DNA from: an uncultured Phycisphaerales bacterium
Lineage (GTDB): Bacteria > Planctomycetota > Phycisphaerae > Phycisphaerales > SM1A02
Direction of reading: 5' to 3'
DNA length: 64,000 nt
Assembly: GCA_938084645.1 (NCBI GenBank)
Contig: CALKEP010000008.1
Span: forward strand, 1-64,000
Notes under the pieces: generated by a model
Databases searched by the model: none
What the model saw: only the letters and a program-made list of their open reading frames with translations
What the model was told of the DNA's origin: nothing
Position numbers and translations under genes: made by a program
In this document: piece by piece, positions 46,728 to 55,666 of the stretch
Layout: every line of letters begins with the position of its first letter
Position numbering within the stretch: the first letter of the stretch is position 1

Positions 46728-49700
46728 GTGCTGGAAGCCCCACGACGCTCGCCGATCGTCGATGCCGAGGTGTTCGACCGCGCCGAAGGACGCGAGCTCA
46801 TGGACGCCCCGGCGGTGGTGCTCAAGGGCGTGCTCGAATCCGAGGTGGCGATCGGCGGGCTGCTCGTCGACGTCGATGGGGCGTTCGATCGCCTGCTTGC
46901 GGCGTCCGAGGATCCGGTGATCGCCCGTGTCCTGAACCGACACCGGCTCGCCTTCATCGCACGACGAAGCCCCGAACGACGACTCGTCGAGGCGGGGCGG
47001 CTCGCGGATCGCGGCGCGGCCGTCGCGATCGTCGCGACGCACGAGATCCCCCGGGCCGTCGACGCCATCGGCCGAGGTGGCGACGCCGCCCGCCGGGGCC
47101 TGGTCGTGATCGCGGTGGACGATCCGCAGGCGGCCCCGGGCACCCCGGCACGATCCCTGCTCGCCGGACTCGGGATCCCGGTGCTCGAGACCACCGATCT
47201 CGACGACCTCCGATTCAAGATCGAACACGCGGCGCGGCTCGCCGACGTGTCCGACGGTCCGGCCGCGATCATCATCGACGCGTCCCTGCTGTCCGTCGCG
47301 GTGACCATCACCGTCCGGGCGAATCGGATCGTCGAGACCATCGACACCGCGGCCTCCCTGCGGCGGCGGCGCGGCCCGAGACTGGTCGGCGGCGAGGACC
47401 TCACTCGACTGGGGCGTCGTCTCGAACTCGACTCGGCGATGGGGATGCCGAGTCCCGGCGAACGCGAGACCGTCGCCATCGTGGCTTCCGGCCTCGCGTC
47501 CCGTTCGGTTCGTCACGTGCTGGAGGAGACCCGCCTCACCGGACGGGTTCCGGCGATCCACGTCGGGCTCGTGAATCCGCTCGATGTCTCCTTGATCGAA
47601 CGTCTGCTCACGCGTTCGCGCACCGTGCTGGTGATCGAGACCCGTCCCGGACTGCTCGCGGCGCCGGTGATCGAGATCGCGGAACGACTTCGGCGGCGCG
47701 GCGAGATCGTCGCGGAAGTCGCATGGCGACAGGTTCCCGGCGGCAGCGACGCGGTCATCGAACCGGGCGACGCTCGAGATCCTTCCACGCTCGCGATGAA
47801 GCTTCGGGATGTCCTGCTGGAGATCCGCCCGACCCTCGAACTGCCCGGAGCGGATCCGGCCGTGGAGGCGTCGGCAGCCGACGAGTCGTCCCGACTGGTG
47901 CCGGTGCGAAGCGGACAGGTCGGCCGCGGACTTCTGCAGACGGTTCGACGCGCGTGCGTCTCCGCGGACCGGATGCTCCGCCGCGTCGTCGAGGAGGGGG
48001 AGGAGCCGCTCGCGCTGGCGATCAACGGCCGCCCACCGGCGGGATTCACCGGCCGGGTCGTCGCGGTCGAGATCGTGGAACGTCGACGGCTGCTCGAAGA
48101 GGCGGTGTTGCTCGCGGCGGCCCGGGACGTCGGGCGTCCCTGGGTCACGATCCTCGTCGACGACGACGGCGGTGACGAACTCGACGCCGGCCGTCTCCTG
48201 ACCGCGGCCATCCCCACGGTCGGTGAGAACCCGGCCCGGGTCCGTCGCGTCGAGGTCGAGGACGAGAGTTCGCTCCGCCGGGACATCGGCGAAGCGGTGC
48301 GGGCCGCCCACCCCACGGTCCTGGTGCTTCGTCGGCGCGAGAAGGGCGTCGCCCGCGATCTCGAGGAGATCGATCGACTCGGATATTCACCGCTCCTGCG
48401 AGTCAAGACCCGGATCGACGATGCGTGCGGGGTGCGACCGTTCGCGGAGCCCACCGTCGACAGCTCGCTTCCACGACCCGACGACGTCGAGGGCCGGTAC
48501 CGCTTCGAACCGGTGCGAAGCCGGCTTCGACGATCGTTCGTCCTTCGGGTCGGTCGACTGCTCGAGATCTCCGAACTCGTGCGACAGCGAAGCCCGCAGG
48601 TCGCCACGCCCGTGCCGCAGGATCTCGGAATCACCGTGCCGACGCTTCGTCACCGTGGTCGAGGTCGCTGGCGATTCCACGTCGCGGGCGTGCGTGGGGT
48701 CTCACCCGGTGGCGCGGCGAGCCTCGTCGCGATCGCCGGACGGATCATGGGCTTCGACGTGCGACTCGCGAATCTCGGTTCCGCCCGGTCCTCGAATCCC
48801 TCGGCGTGGTCGCAGGTGCTCTTCACCCGGCCGGCGCGGGAGGACGTGGTCGACACGCTGGTCCCCTCGATTCCCCCCGGCGAGGCCGACGTGGTGCTCG
48901 GGGTCGATCCGATCGAGACGCTGCGGGCGATCGCGACCGATCCCGATCTCCGGATCTCGACCCCGGGTCGCACCGCGATCGTGGCCAACACGGAGCCCCC
49001 GCCGGACGAGCGGGCCTCCCTTCCCGACGTCGCGGCGACGCTTCGGTCGGAAGCGACTCGGCACTGTGGGACGCCGGACGATGTGGTCGACGCGATTCTC
49101 CCCAAGGTCATCCAGCAATTCGGCAATCGGCGCCTGCTCGACGTGGTGCTCGCGGGAATCGCGTATCAGCGAGGGCTCGTCCCGGTCTCGCTCGAGGCGA
49201 TCACCGAGGCCGCGCAGCGACTGGAGCGGGTCGGTTTCGGCCGCACCGGGGAGGCGTTCCGATTCGGACGGTTGCTGGCCGAATCGCCGCAGTCCGGTGG
49301 GAGCGCGGCTTCGGCGACCGTCGAGCCGTTTGCGAGACGTCGGCGGGAGATCGTGCTCGAGACGAGGCTGCACCGCGGGGCGACTTCCGCCCGCTGGCTC
49401 GATCAGAGGATCCAGCGACTCCTCGAGACGGTTCCCGGACTGCTCGAGACCGAGGCCGGGCGGTTGGCGCTCGACGATCTGCTCCTGGCCGTCGCGAGTC
49501 TGTTCCGGCGCGGTGGGCGGCCGCTGGTCGACCAGTACCTCGACCGGATCGGTCAACTGCACGCCGCGGATCGAGGCGATACGGGTCGTGAACTCACGCG
49601 ATTCGCGATTCTTCCACTGGGTGAAGCAATGCTGGCCCGGGACCTCTTCGCGCTGGCGGTCGCCGCGAGCAGTCTCGATCATCGTCGCCGCCTTCGGCGA

Positions 49701-50060
49701 CGACTCGGCGTGCGACGAGCCCGCGGTGACCGGCTCGAGCGGGTCTATCTCGCTCGGGTCGACCTCGTGGCGTTCGACCGAAGGATGCGGGCGGAGATTC
49801 CGATCCGCGACTGGCTCCCTCCGATCATCGCGAAGATCGGGCGGTTCATTCCCGAATCCCGTCGCGGTGATCGTGAATCGCGGGCCCGGCGCGTGGCGAT
49901 CGAGAGCGGCATCGACCGCGCCATCCGGGAGATCGGGGATCCGGGCGAATACGCGAGGTGGTCAACCGTCTTCCGCGCGTGGCATGAGCTGGCGTCGGAC
50001 GGTCGGCTGCACGAGACCTCGGTTTCGGGGCTGGTCCGGCTGGGACGCACGGAGGACTGA
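46728..50060 (+). CDS. Degenerate indolepyruvate:ferredoxin oxidoreductase-like protein (fused alpha/beta), apparently cofactor-less
   Basis: Residual similarity along the whole length (LKGVLE, VDDP, VNPLD..VLVIE, IPPGEADVVLGVD, GIAYQRGLVPVSLEAI); only 3 Cys. Confidence 0.7.
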   Translation: MLEAPRRSPIVDAEVFDRAEGRELMDAPAVVLKGVLESEVAIGGLLVDVDGAFDRLLAASEDPVIARVLNRHRLAFIARRSPERRLVEAGRLADRGAAVAIVATHEIPRAVDAIGRGGDAARRGLVVIAVDDPQAAPGTPARSLLAGLGIPVLETTDLDDLRFKIEHAARLADVSDGPAAIIIDASLLSVAVTITVRANRIVETIDTAASLRRRRGPRLVGGEDLTRLGRRLELDSAMGMPSPGERETVAIVASGLASRSVRHVLEETRLTGRVPAIHVGLVNPLDVSLIERLLTRSRTVLVIETRPGLLAAPVIEIAERLRRRGEIVAEVAWRQVPGGSDAVIEPGDARDPSTLAMKLRDVLLEIRPTLELPGADPAVEASAADESSRLVPVRSGQVGRGLLQTVRRACVSADRMLRRVVEEGEEPLALAINGRPPAGFTGRVVAVEIVERRRLLEEAVLLAAARDVGRPWVTILVDDDGGDELDAGRLLTAAIPTVGENPARVRRVEVEDESSLRRDIGEAVRAAHPTVLVLRRREKGVARDLEEIDRLGYSPLLRVKTRIDDACGVRPFAEPTVDSSLPRPDDVEGRYRFEPVRSRLRRSFVLRVGRLLEISELVRQRSPQVATPVPQDLGITVPTLRHRGRGRWRFHVAGVRGVSPGGAASLVAIAGRIMGFDVRLANLGSARSSNPSAWSQVLFTRPAREDVVDTLVPSIPPGEADVVLGVDPIETLRAIATDPDLRISTPGRTAIVANTEPPPDERASLPDVAATLRSEATRHCGTPDDVVDAILPKVIQQFGNRRLLDVVLAGIAYQRGLVPVSLEAITEAAQRLERVGFGRTGEAFRFGRLLAESPQSGGSAASATVEPFARRRREIVLETRLHRGATSARWLDQRIQRLLETVPGLLETEAGRLALDDLLLAVASLFRRGGRPLVDQYLDRIGQLHAADRGDTGRELTRFAILPLGEAMLARDLFALAVAASSLDHRRRLRRRLGVRRARGDRLERVYLARVDLVAFDRRMRAEIPIRDWLPPIIAKIGRFIPESRRGDRESRARRVAIESGIDRAIREIGDPGEYARWSTVFRAWHELASDGRLHETSVSGLVRLGRTED

Positions 50061-50065
50061 CCGGA

Positions 50066-51202
50066 TCAATCGGCCCGCTGCTCCACGCGTCCGTCGTGTC
50101 GACGTTCGTGTCGGAGCTGGCCACACGCCGCGGCGATGTCCCGACCGCGGCTCGCCCGGATGTGGGCGTTGACGCCTCGGCGTCGAAGCTCCGCCTGGAA
50201 TCGATGCACGTCGTCCGAGGACGGCCGCTGGAAGGGGAGTCCCGCGACCTCGTTGTACCGGATCAGGTTCACGTTGCACCGGAGCCGTCCCGCGTGGGCG
50301 GCGAGTTCGCGGGCGTGTTCGACGCGGTCGTTGAATCCACCGAGGAGGATGTACTCGACGGTGATCTCGCGGCCCGAACGCCGGAAGTACTCCTGGCAGG
50401 CGTCGAGGAGTTCCGGAACGGTGGAATACGTCGCCCACGGAATGATCTCGCGTCGCAGGTCGTCGTTCGGAGCGTGAAGGCTCAGCGCCAGCGTCACCGG
50501 CAGTTCGAAGGTCGAGAACTTCCGGATCGCGGTCGGCAGGCCCACCGTCGAGACGGTGATCCGACGGGCGGAGATTCCCAGCCCCCACGGTGCATGCAGG
50601 GTGCGGATCGCGTCGGTGACCGCGGACAGGTTCGCGAGGGGTTCGCCCATGCCCATGAAGACCACGTTGGTGATCCGCCCCGAATCGGGGAGGCGGCCCA
50701 GTCGCCATGCCTGCTCGACGATCCGACCTCGAGTGAGGTTGCCTTCGAGGCCGCCGAGCCCACTTGCGCAGAAGCGACAGCCGACGGGGCATCCCACCTG
50801 GCTCGAGATGCACGCGGTCCGCCGATCCTCGGTGGGGATCATCACGCACTCGGTCTGTTTCTCGGGGTCCTGCCCGAGCACCTTCAACGAGCCGTCGTGG
50901 GCCTCGGAGGAGTCCGGCCAACCCATCAGGATCTTCCGGGTTCCGTCGCTCGCGACGGGGGCCGCGAGCTCCACGGCCTCTCCGAATCGGAAGGACTCGA
51001 GAAGACGTTCGCGGCCCAGGCGGGAGACGTCGGTCATCAGCTTCGGATCGATCACACCCCGTTCATGGACCCATCGAAGGACCTGATCCCCCAGGTAGCG
51101 AGGAAGATCGTTCTCCACCGCCCACCGCCGGAGCGAATCCGGATCCTGGTCGAAGATGCTCGATCCGCGTCGCTCGGGCGACGTCGACGCGTCGTCGCTC
51201 AT
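50066..51202 (-). CDS. rlmN: 23S rRNA (adenine2503-C2)/tRNA methyltransferase
   Basis: CISSQVGCPVGCRFCA (radical SAM), MGMGEP, SLHAP and DIAAACGQL. Confidence 0.95.
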   Translation of the reverse strand: MSDDASTSPERRGSSIFDQDPDSLRRWAVENDLPRYLGDQVLRWVHERGVIDPKLMTDVSRLGRERLLESFRFGEAVELAAPVASDGTRKILMGWPDSSEAHDGSLKVLGQDPEKQTECVMIPTEDRRTACISSQVGCPVGCRFCASGLGGLEGNLTRGRIVEQAWRLGRLPDSGRITNVVFMGMGEPLANLSAVTDAIRTLHAPWGLGISARRITVSTVGLPTAIRKFSTFELPVTLALSLHAPNDDLRREIIPWATYSTVPELLDACQEYFRRSGREITVEYILLGGFNDRVEHARELAAHAGRLRCNVNLIRYNEVAGLPFQRPSSDDVHRFQAELRRRGVNAHIRASRGRDIAAACGQLRHERRHDGRVEQRAD

Positions 51203-52257
51203 TCCGAGGCGCCGATCGTCAGGTCGATGGTCCGATGCGGGATTCCGTGTTCGTCGAGGAGTCGGTCCAGATCGCCGGCACCGTCCACGGTGATGGTTCG
51301 TTCCCCCGGGTCGATGCCGCGGCTTCGCATCAACTGCTTCAGGGATCCGGGGAGACCGAAGACGATCGTCTCTCGATCGATGTCCCGCTGTTCGACTTCG
51401 CCGCCATGGACCTCGATCAGGTGGAGGACGAGGTCGTTCACCAGGTCCTCGGGGGCGCTCGCGCCGGCGGTGATGAGGACCGATTCCACCCCTTCGAACC
51501 ACGATTCGACGATTTCACTCTTGTCGTCGAGCAGTCGGGCCGGCGTGCCGACGTTCTCGGAGATCTCGGTCAGCCGGACGCTGTTCGAACTGTTGCGGCT
51601 GCCGACCACCAGAACGAGATCGCAGTCCGGCGCGATCGCCCGCACCGCGTTCTGGCGATTCGTCGTCGCGTAGCAGATGTCCTCGCTCGGCGGGGCCTTG
51701 ATGGTCGGGATCGCCGCCTTGAGCGCATTGATGACCACGTTCGCGTCGTCGGTGGAGAGCGTGGTCTGGGTGAGGTAGACCACCTTCTCGGGATCGTCGA
51801 TCTTGAGATGCGGAACGTCCGCGGGCGTCTCGACGATCTGGATCGAATCGGGCGCCTCGCCTCTGGTTCCGATCACTTCCTGGTGGTCGGCGTGGCCGAC
51901 GAGGACGATCTGCCAGCCGCGCTTGGCGTAGCGGATCGCCTCCGCATGGACCTTGGTGACCAGCGGGCAGGTCGCGTCGACCGCGACGAGCCTCCGCTCG
52001 GCGGCCTCCGCCCGGATCGCCGGGCTGACCCCGTGGGCGCTGAAGACCACCACCGAGCCGTCCGGCGCCTCGTCGATCGACTCGACGAACATGACACCCT
52101 GCTCCCGGAAGCGATCGACCACGTGCCGATTGTGGACGATCTCGTGGTACACGCAGATGGTCTCGTCGGGGAAGAGCTCGAGCAGCTCGTCGACCACGGC
52201 GATCGCCATGTTGACGCCGGCACAGAAGCCGCGGGGATTCGCGAGGATCAGTTTCAT
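51199..52257 (-). CDS. ispH: 4-hydroxy-3-methylbut-2-enyl diphosphate reductase
   Basis: PRGFCAGV, IVHN, DATCPLV, QTTLS, DICYAT, SSNS and TAGASAP. Confidence 0.97.
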   Translation of the reverse strand: MKLILANPRGFCAGVNMAIAVVDELLELFPDETICVYHEIVHNRHVVDRFREQGVMFVESIDEAPDGSVVVFSAHGVSPAIRAEAAERRLVAVDATCPLVTKVHAEAIRYAKRGWQIVLVGHADHQEVIGTRGEAPDSIQIVETPADVPHLKIDDPEKVVYLTQTTLSTDDANVVINALKAAIPTIKAPPSEDICYATTNRQNAVRAIAPDCDLVLVVGSRNSSNSVRLTEISENVGTPARLLDDKSEIVESWFEGVESVLITAGASAPEDLVNDLVLHLIEVHGGEVEQRDIDRETIVFGLPGSLKQLMRSRGIDPGERTITVDGAGDLDRLLDEHGIPHRTIDLTIGASE

Positions 52258-52407
52258 GTGGGAGAGGCCGACTGGAGTGCGGACGGGACCGACGACATGG
52301 GTGTCGGATGGTAGCAGTCCGCGGATCCCGGAAAGACGATTTCGGGCGGTGCGGACCCGAATCCGGATACACTCGCGAGTTCCAGAGCCCCCCGTTTCGA
52401 CGCTGCG

Positions 52408-53394
52408 ATGACCGACCGACGCATCCACGACGATCTCGCGATCAACGGCCCCGACGCCCCGGTTTCAGGGTGGTCGGGGGTCACCGTGGCCGAGGCGAGA
52501 TCGCGTGCCCGGCGGCTCGCCGGCTCGCATCGCGAGAACTTCTCGGTCCTCACCCGACTGGTGCCCCGCGACGTCCGCGATGATTTCGCGGCGGTCTACG
52601 CCTTCTGTCGCACGGCGGACGACCTCGGGGATGAGATCGGGGATCCGAAACGGGCGCTCGAACTCCTCGCATGGTGGCGGTCGGAGATCGACGCGGCGTG
52701 GGCGGGTGAACCGCGTCACTGGGTGTTTCGGGCCCTTTCCCCGACGATCGATCGCTTCCAGCTGGACCGAAGGCCGTTCGAGGATCTCGTCTCCGCCTTC
52801 GAGCAGGACCAGACCGTGGACCGATACGAGACCTGGGACGGGTTGTTGGACTACTGCCGTCGAAGCGCGGATCCGGTCGGCCGGATCGTTCTCCGGCTGC
52901 TCGACGAATCCGCGACGCCCGGCCAGCTCGAACGCTCCGATGCGATCTGCACGGCGCTGCAGCTGACGAACCACTGGCAGGATCTGCGACGAGATCTGCT
53001 CGATCGCGATCGGATCTACATCCCGCGGGAGTCGATCGACATCGAGGACTTCGAAGCCCGATTCCGTCGGACCGCGGAACAGGGGTGGGCCTGCGACGAC
53101 ACGTTCCTCGAGGAATCGCGTCGACTCGTTCGCACCTGCGTCGATCGGACCTGGTCCCTCTTCGAAGCGGGCGGGTCGCTGCCGGCGTCGCTCGGTCCGA
53201 GGGCTGCGCCGGTGATCGAGGTGCTCGCGAACGGGGGAGCGCGGGTGCTCCGGTCGATCGAGGACTGGGACTACGAGACGGTCCTGCACCGTCCGACGCT
53301 CGGATTCACCGGCAAGCTCGCGATCGTGCTCCGGGCCTGGGTGAACACCCGTTCCGCCCGGCGGACGGATGCGAAGACGGGGGCCCTGGCATGA
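52408..53394 (+). CDS. hpnC: Squalene synthase HpnC
   Basis: HRENF, YAFCRTADDLGDE, YCRRSADPVGR and CTALQLTNHWQD. Confidence 0.9.
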   Translation: MTDRRIHDDLAINGPDAPVSGWSGVTVAEARSRARRLAGSHRENFSVLTRLVPRDVRDDFAAVYAFCRTADDLGDEIGDPKRALELLAWWRSEIDAAWAGEPRHWVFRALSPTIDRFQLDRRPFEDLVSAFEQDQTVDRYETWDGLLDYCRRSADPVGRIVLRLLDESATPGQLERSDAICTALQLTNHWQDLRRDLLDRDRIYIPRESIDIEDFEARFRRTAEQGWACDDTFLEESRRLVRTCVDRTWSLFEAGGSLPASLGPRAAPVIEVLANGGARVLRSIEDWDYETVLHRPTLGFTGKLAIVLRAWVNTRSARRTDAKTGALA

Positions 53395-54272
53395 CCTCGC
53401 CCGACCTCGATCTCGCTCGCGGGTACGACGCGTGCGGCCGCATCGTGAAGTCCCGGGCCAGGAACTTCTGGTACGGACTTCGACTCACGCCCGAGCCGAA
53501 GCGTTCGGCGCTCTACGCGATCTACGCCTGGATGCGGGAGGCCGACGACATCGCCGACGAGGAAGGTGCGACGCTCGACGTCCGTCGCCTCGACCTCGAT
53601 GCCTTTCGAATCCGGACGCATCGAATCTTCCTCGGCGAGACCGACCCCGATCCGCGGTGGCGGGCGTTCGGCGACACCGTGCAGCGGTATGCGCTCCCGC
53701 GAGCGCCGTTCGACGCGATGATCGACGGTCAGGACGCCGATCTCGACTGGACGACCTGCGCCGACCGGCCCGTGCTCGAACGTTTCTGCTGGCAGGTGGC
53801 CTCGACCGTCGGACTGATCTGCGTTCGGATCTGGGGGCACGACGGCGACCCGGACGTCGAACGAATGGCGGTCGATCGGGGGAAGGCGTTCCAGTTGACG
53901 AACGTCATCCGCGATCTGCGCGAGGATCACGGGCGAATGCGAACCTACCTTCCCGCCGACGAACTGGAGGCCGCGGGCCTCGACCTCGATGCGTTGATCT
54001 CGTGGCGGGATGCGGCCCGGTGCGACGACTTCGTGCGCGGTCAGGTGGCGCATGCGGAGGCATACTTCCGCGCCTCGGCTGGCCTCGACGCCCATCTGAG
54101 CGAGGAATGCCGGGCGACCAGCTGGGCGATGACGCGGATCTATCACGAACTGCTGCGACGCATCGAACGCGATCCGAGTCGAATCGTCCGGGAGCGGGTC
54201 GGTCTCGGGTCGATCCGGAAGATGGCCATCGCCTGGCGGGCCCGTCGGTACGCCCGGGGAGTCGCGTCTTGA
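53391..54272 (+). CDS. hpnD: Presqualene diphosphate synthase HpnD
   Basis: ARNFWYG, YAWMREADDIAD, VASTVG and AFQLTNVIRD; between hpnC and hpnE. Confidence 0.85.
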   Translation: MTSPDLDLARGYDACGRIVKSRARNFWYGLRLTPEPKRSALYAIYAWMREADDIADEEGATLDVRRLDLDAFRIRTHRIFLGETDPDPRWRAFGDTVQRYALPRAPFDAMIDGQDADLDWTTCADRPVLERFCWQVASTVGLICVRIWGHDGDPDVERMAVDRGKAFQLTNVIRDLREDHGRMRTYLPADELEAAGLDLDALISWRDAARCDDFVRGQVAHAEAYFRASAGLDAHLSEECRATSWAMTRIYHELLRRIERDPSRIVRERVGLGSIRKMAIAWRARRYARGVAS

Positions 54273-55666
54273 AGCGGGTGGTGGTCATCGGTGGAGGTGT
54301 CGCCGGCATCGCGGCATCCATCCGTCTCGCCGAGTCGGGCTTCAAGCCGGTCGTCCTCGAGACCCGGGGAAAGCTCGGGGGTCGGGCGACGAGCTTCGAG
54401 GATCCCCGCTCCGGGCGAGTGCTCGACAACTGCCAGCACGTCGTCATGGGGTGCTGTTCGAATGTCCTGGATCTCTACGCACGGCTCGGGGTGGCGGACC
54501 GCATCGAATGGCATCCCGAGACGTGGTGGGCCAATCCACCGAGACGGCCCGATCGGATGCGGCCGGCCTTCCTGCCGGCCCCGCTGCACTTCGGTCCCTC
54601 GTTCCTTCGCATGCGACTGCTCTCCGCGGACACCAAGATCCTGGTGGGTCAGGCGATGCGGCGTCTTCTCAAGATGGGGCTCGCGGGTCGGGAGGCATGG
54701 GCGGACCGTTCGTTCGGGGCGTTCCTCGACGAAGTGGGACAGTCGCCGGATGCGCGACGGCTGTTCTGGGAGCCGGTGGTGGTGGGGGCCTGCAACCTGC
54801 CCTGCGACGCGGTCGCGGCGAATCATGCGATGCAGGTGTTCCAGGAGGGGTTTCTCGCCGGCGGCTGGCACGCGACGATGGGGCTCGCGACGTGCGACCT
54901 CCGGTCCCTCTACGACCCGGCGATGGAGATCATCGGCGATGCCGGTGGGTCGTTCCGGCTCGGAACCTCGGTCCGGGGCATCGCGTTCGACGGCATTCGC
55001 GCGAACGGGGTGGTCACCGACGACGGACTGGTGCCCGCGGCCGCGATCGTGAGCACGGTCCCGCCCGATCGGCTGGCGAAGATCGTCTCCGGACCGATGC
55101 GGGCATCGGATCCGAGGCTGTCGAACCTCGATCGATTCGAGACGAGTCCGATCCTCGGCGTCCATCTGTTCTTCGATCGACCGGTGATGCGGGACGACGT
55201 CAGGTCGTATCCGCACCTGGTGCTCCCTGATCGCGACACGCACTGGTTCTTCAACAAGGGCGTGGATGCTTCCGGACTTCATCACGTGCACGCGGTCATC
55301 AGCGCCGCGGACGACTGGATGGGGCTCGACGAGGAGACGATCGCCCGCCGGGTGGTGACGGATCTGCACTGGGCGTTGCCCGCGAGTCGCGGCATCGACC
55401 CGGTCGAGGTGCGAAGCGTCAAGGAGAAGCGGGCGACGTTCCGGGCTTCGCCGGGGATCGACGCGATGCGGCCGGGGCCCGCGCCCGGTGGACGCGGCAT
55501 CTCCAACCTGTACCTCGCGGGCGACTGGTGCGACACCGGTTGGCCCGCGACGATGGAGGGCGCGACTCGAAGCGGCTATGCCGCCGCGGCTTCGATCACC
55601 GGATCGGGTGGCCTGGTACCGGACGTGCCCCCCGGGCGGCTCGCACGCTGGGTGGGCCTTCGGTGA
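54269..55666 (+). CDS. hpnE: Hydroxysqualene dehydroxylase HpnE
   Basis: VIGGGVAG FAD motif, LGGRATSF, DNCQHV, EKRATF and LAGDW..WPATMEGA; TTG start. Confidence 0.9.
   Translation: MKRVVVIGGGVAGIAASIRLAESGFKPVVLETRGKLGGRATSFEDPRSGRVLDNCQHVVMGCCSNVLDLYARLGVADRIEWHPETWWANPPRRPDRMRPAFLPAPLHFGPSFLRMRLLSADTKILVGQAMRRLLKMGLAGREAWADRSFGAFLDEVGQSPDARRLFWEPVVVGACNLPCDAVAANHAMQVFQEGFLAGGWHATMGLATCDLRSLYDPAMEIIGDAGGSFRLGTSVRGIAFDGIRANGVVTDDGLVPAAAIVSTVPPDRLAKIVSGPMRASDPRLSNLDRFETSPILGVHLFFDRPVMRDDVRSYPHLVLPDRDTHWFFNKGVDASGLHHVHAVISAADDWMGLDEETIARRVVTDLHWALPASRGIDPVEVRSVKEKRATFRASPGIDAMRPGPAPGGRGISNLYLAGDWCDTGWPATMEGATRSGYAAAASITGSGGLVPDVPPGRLARWVGLR

Noticed and set aside
45746..47479. 578-aa N-terminal extension of the APH kinase ORF
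   Set aside because: Overlaps the HAD and IOR-like genes in antisense; kinase similarity and a -10 box point to ATG 45745
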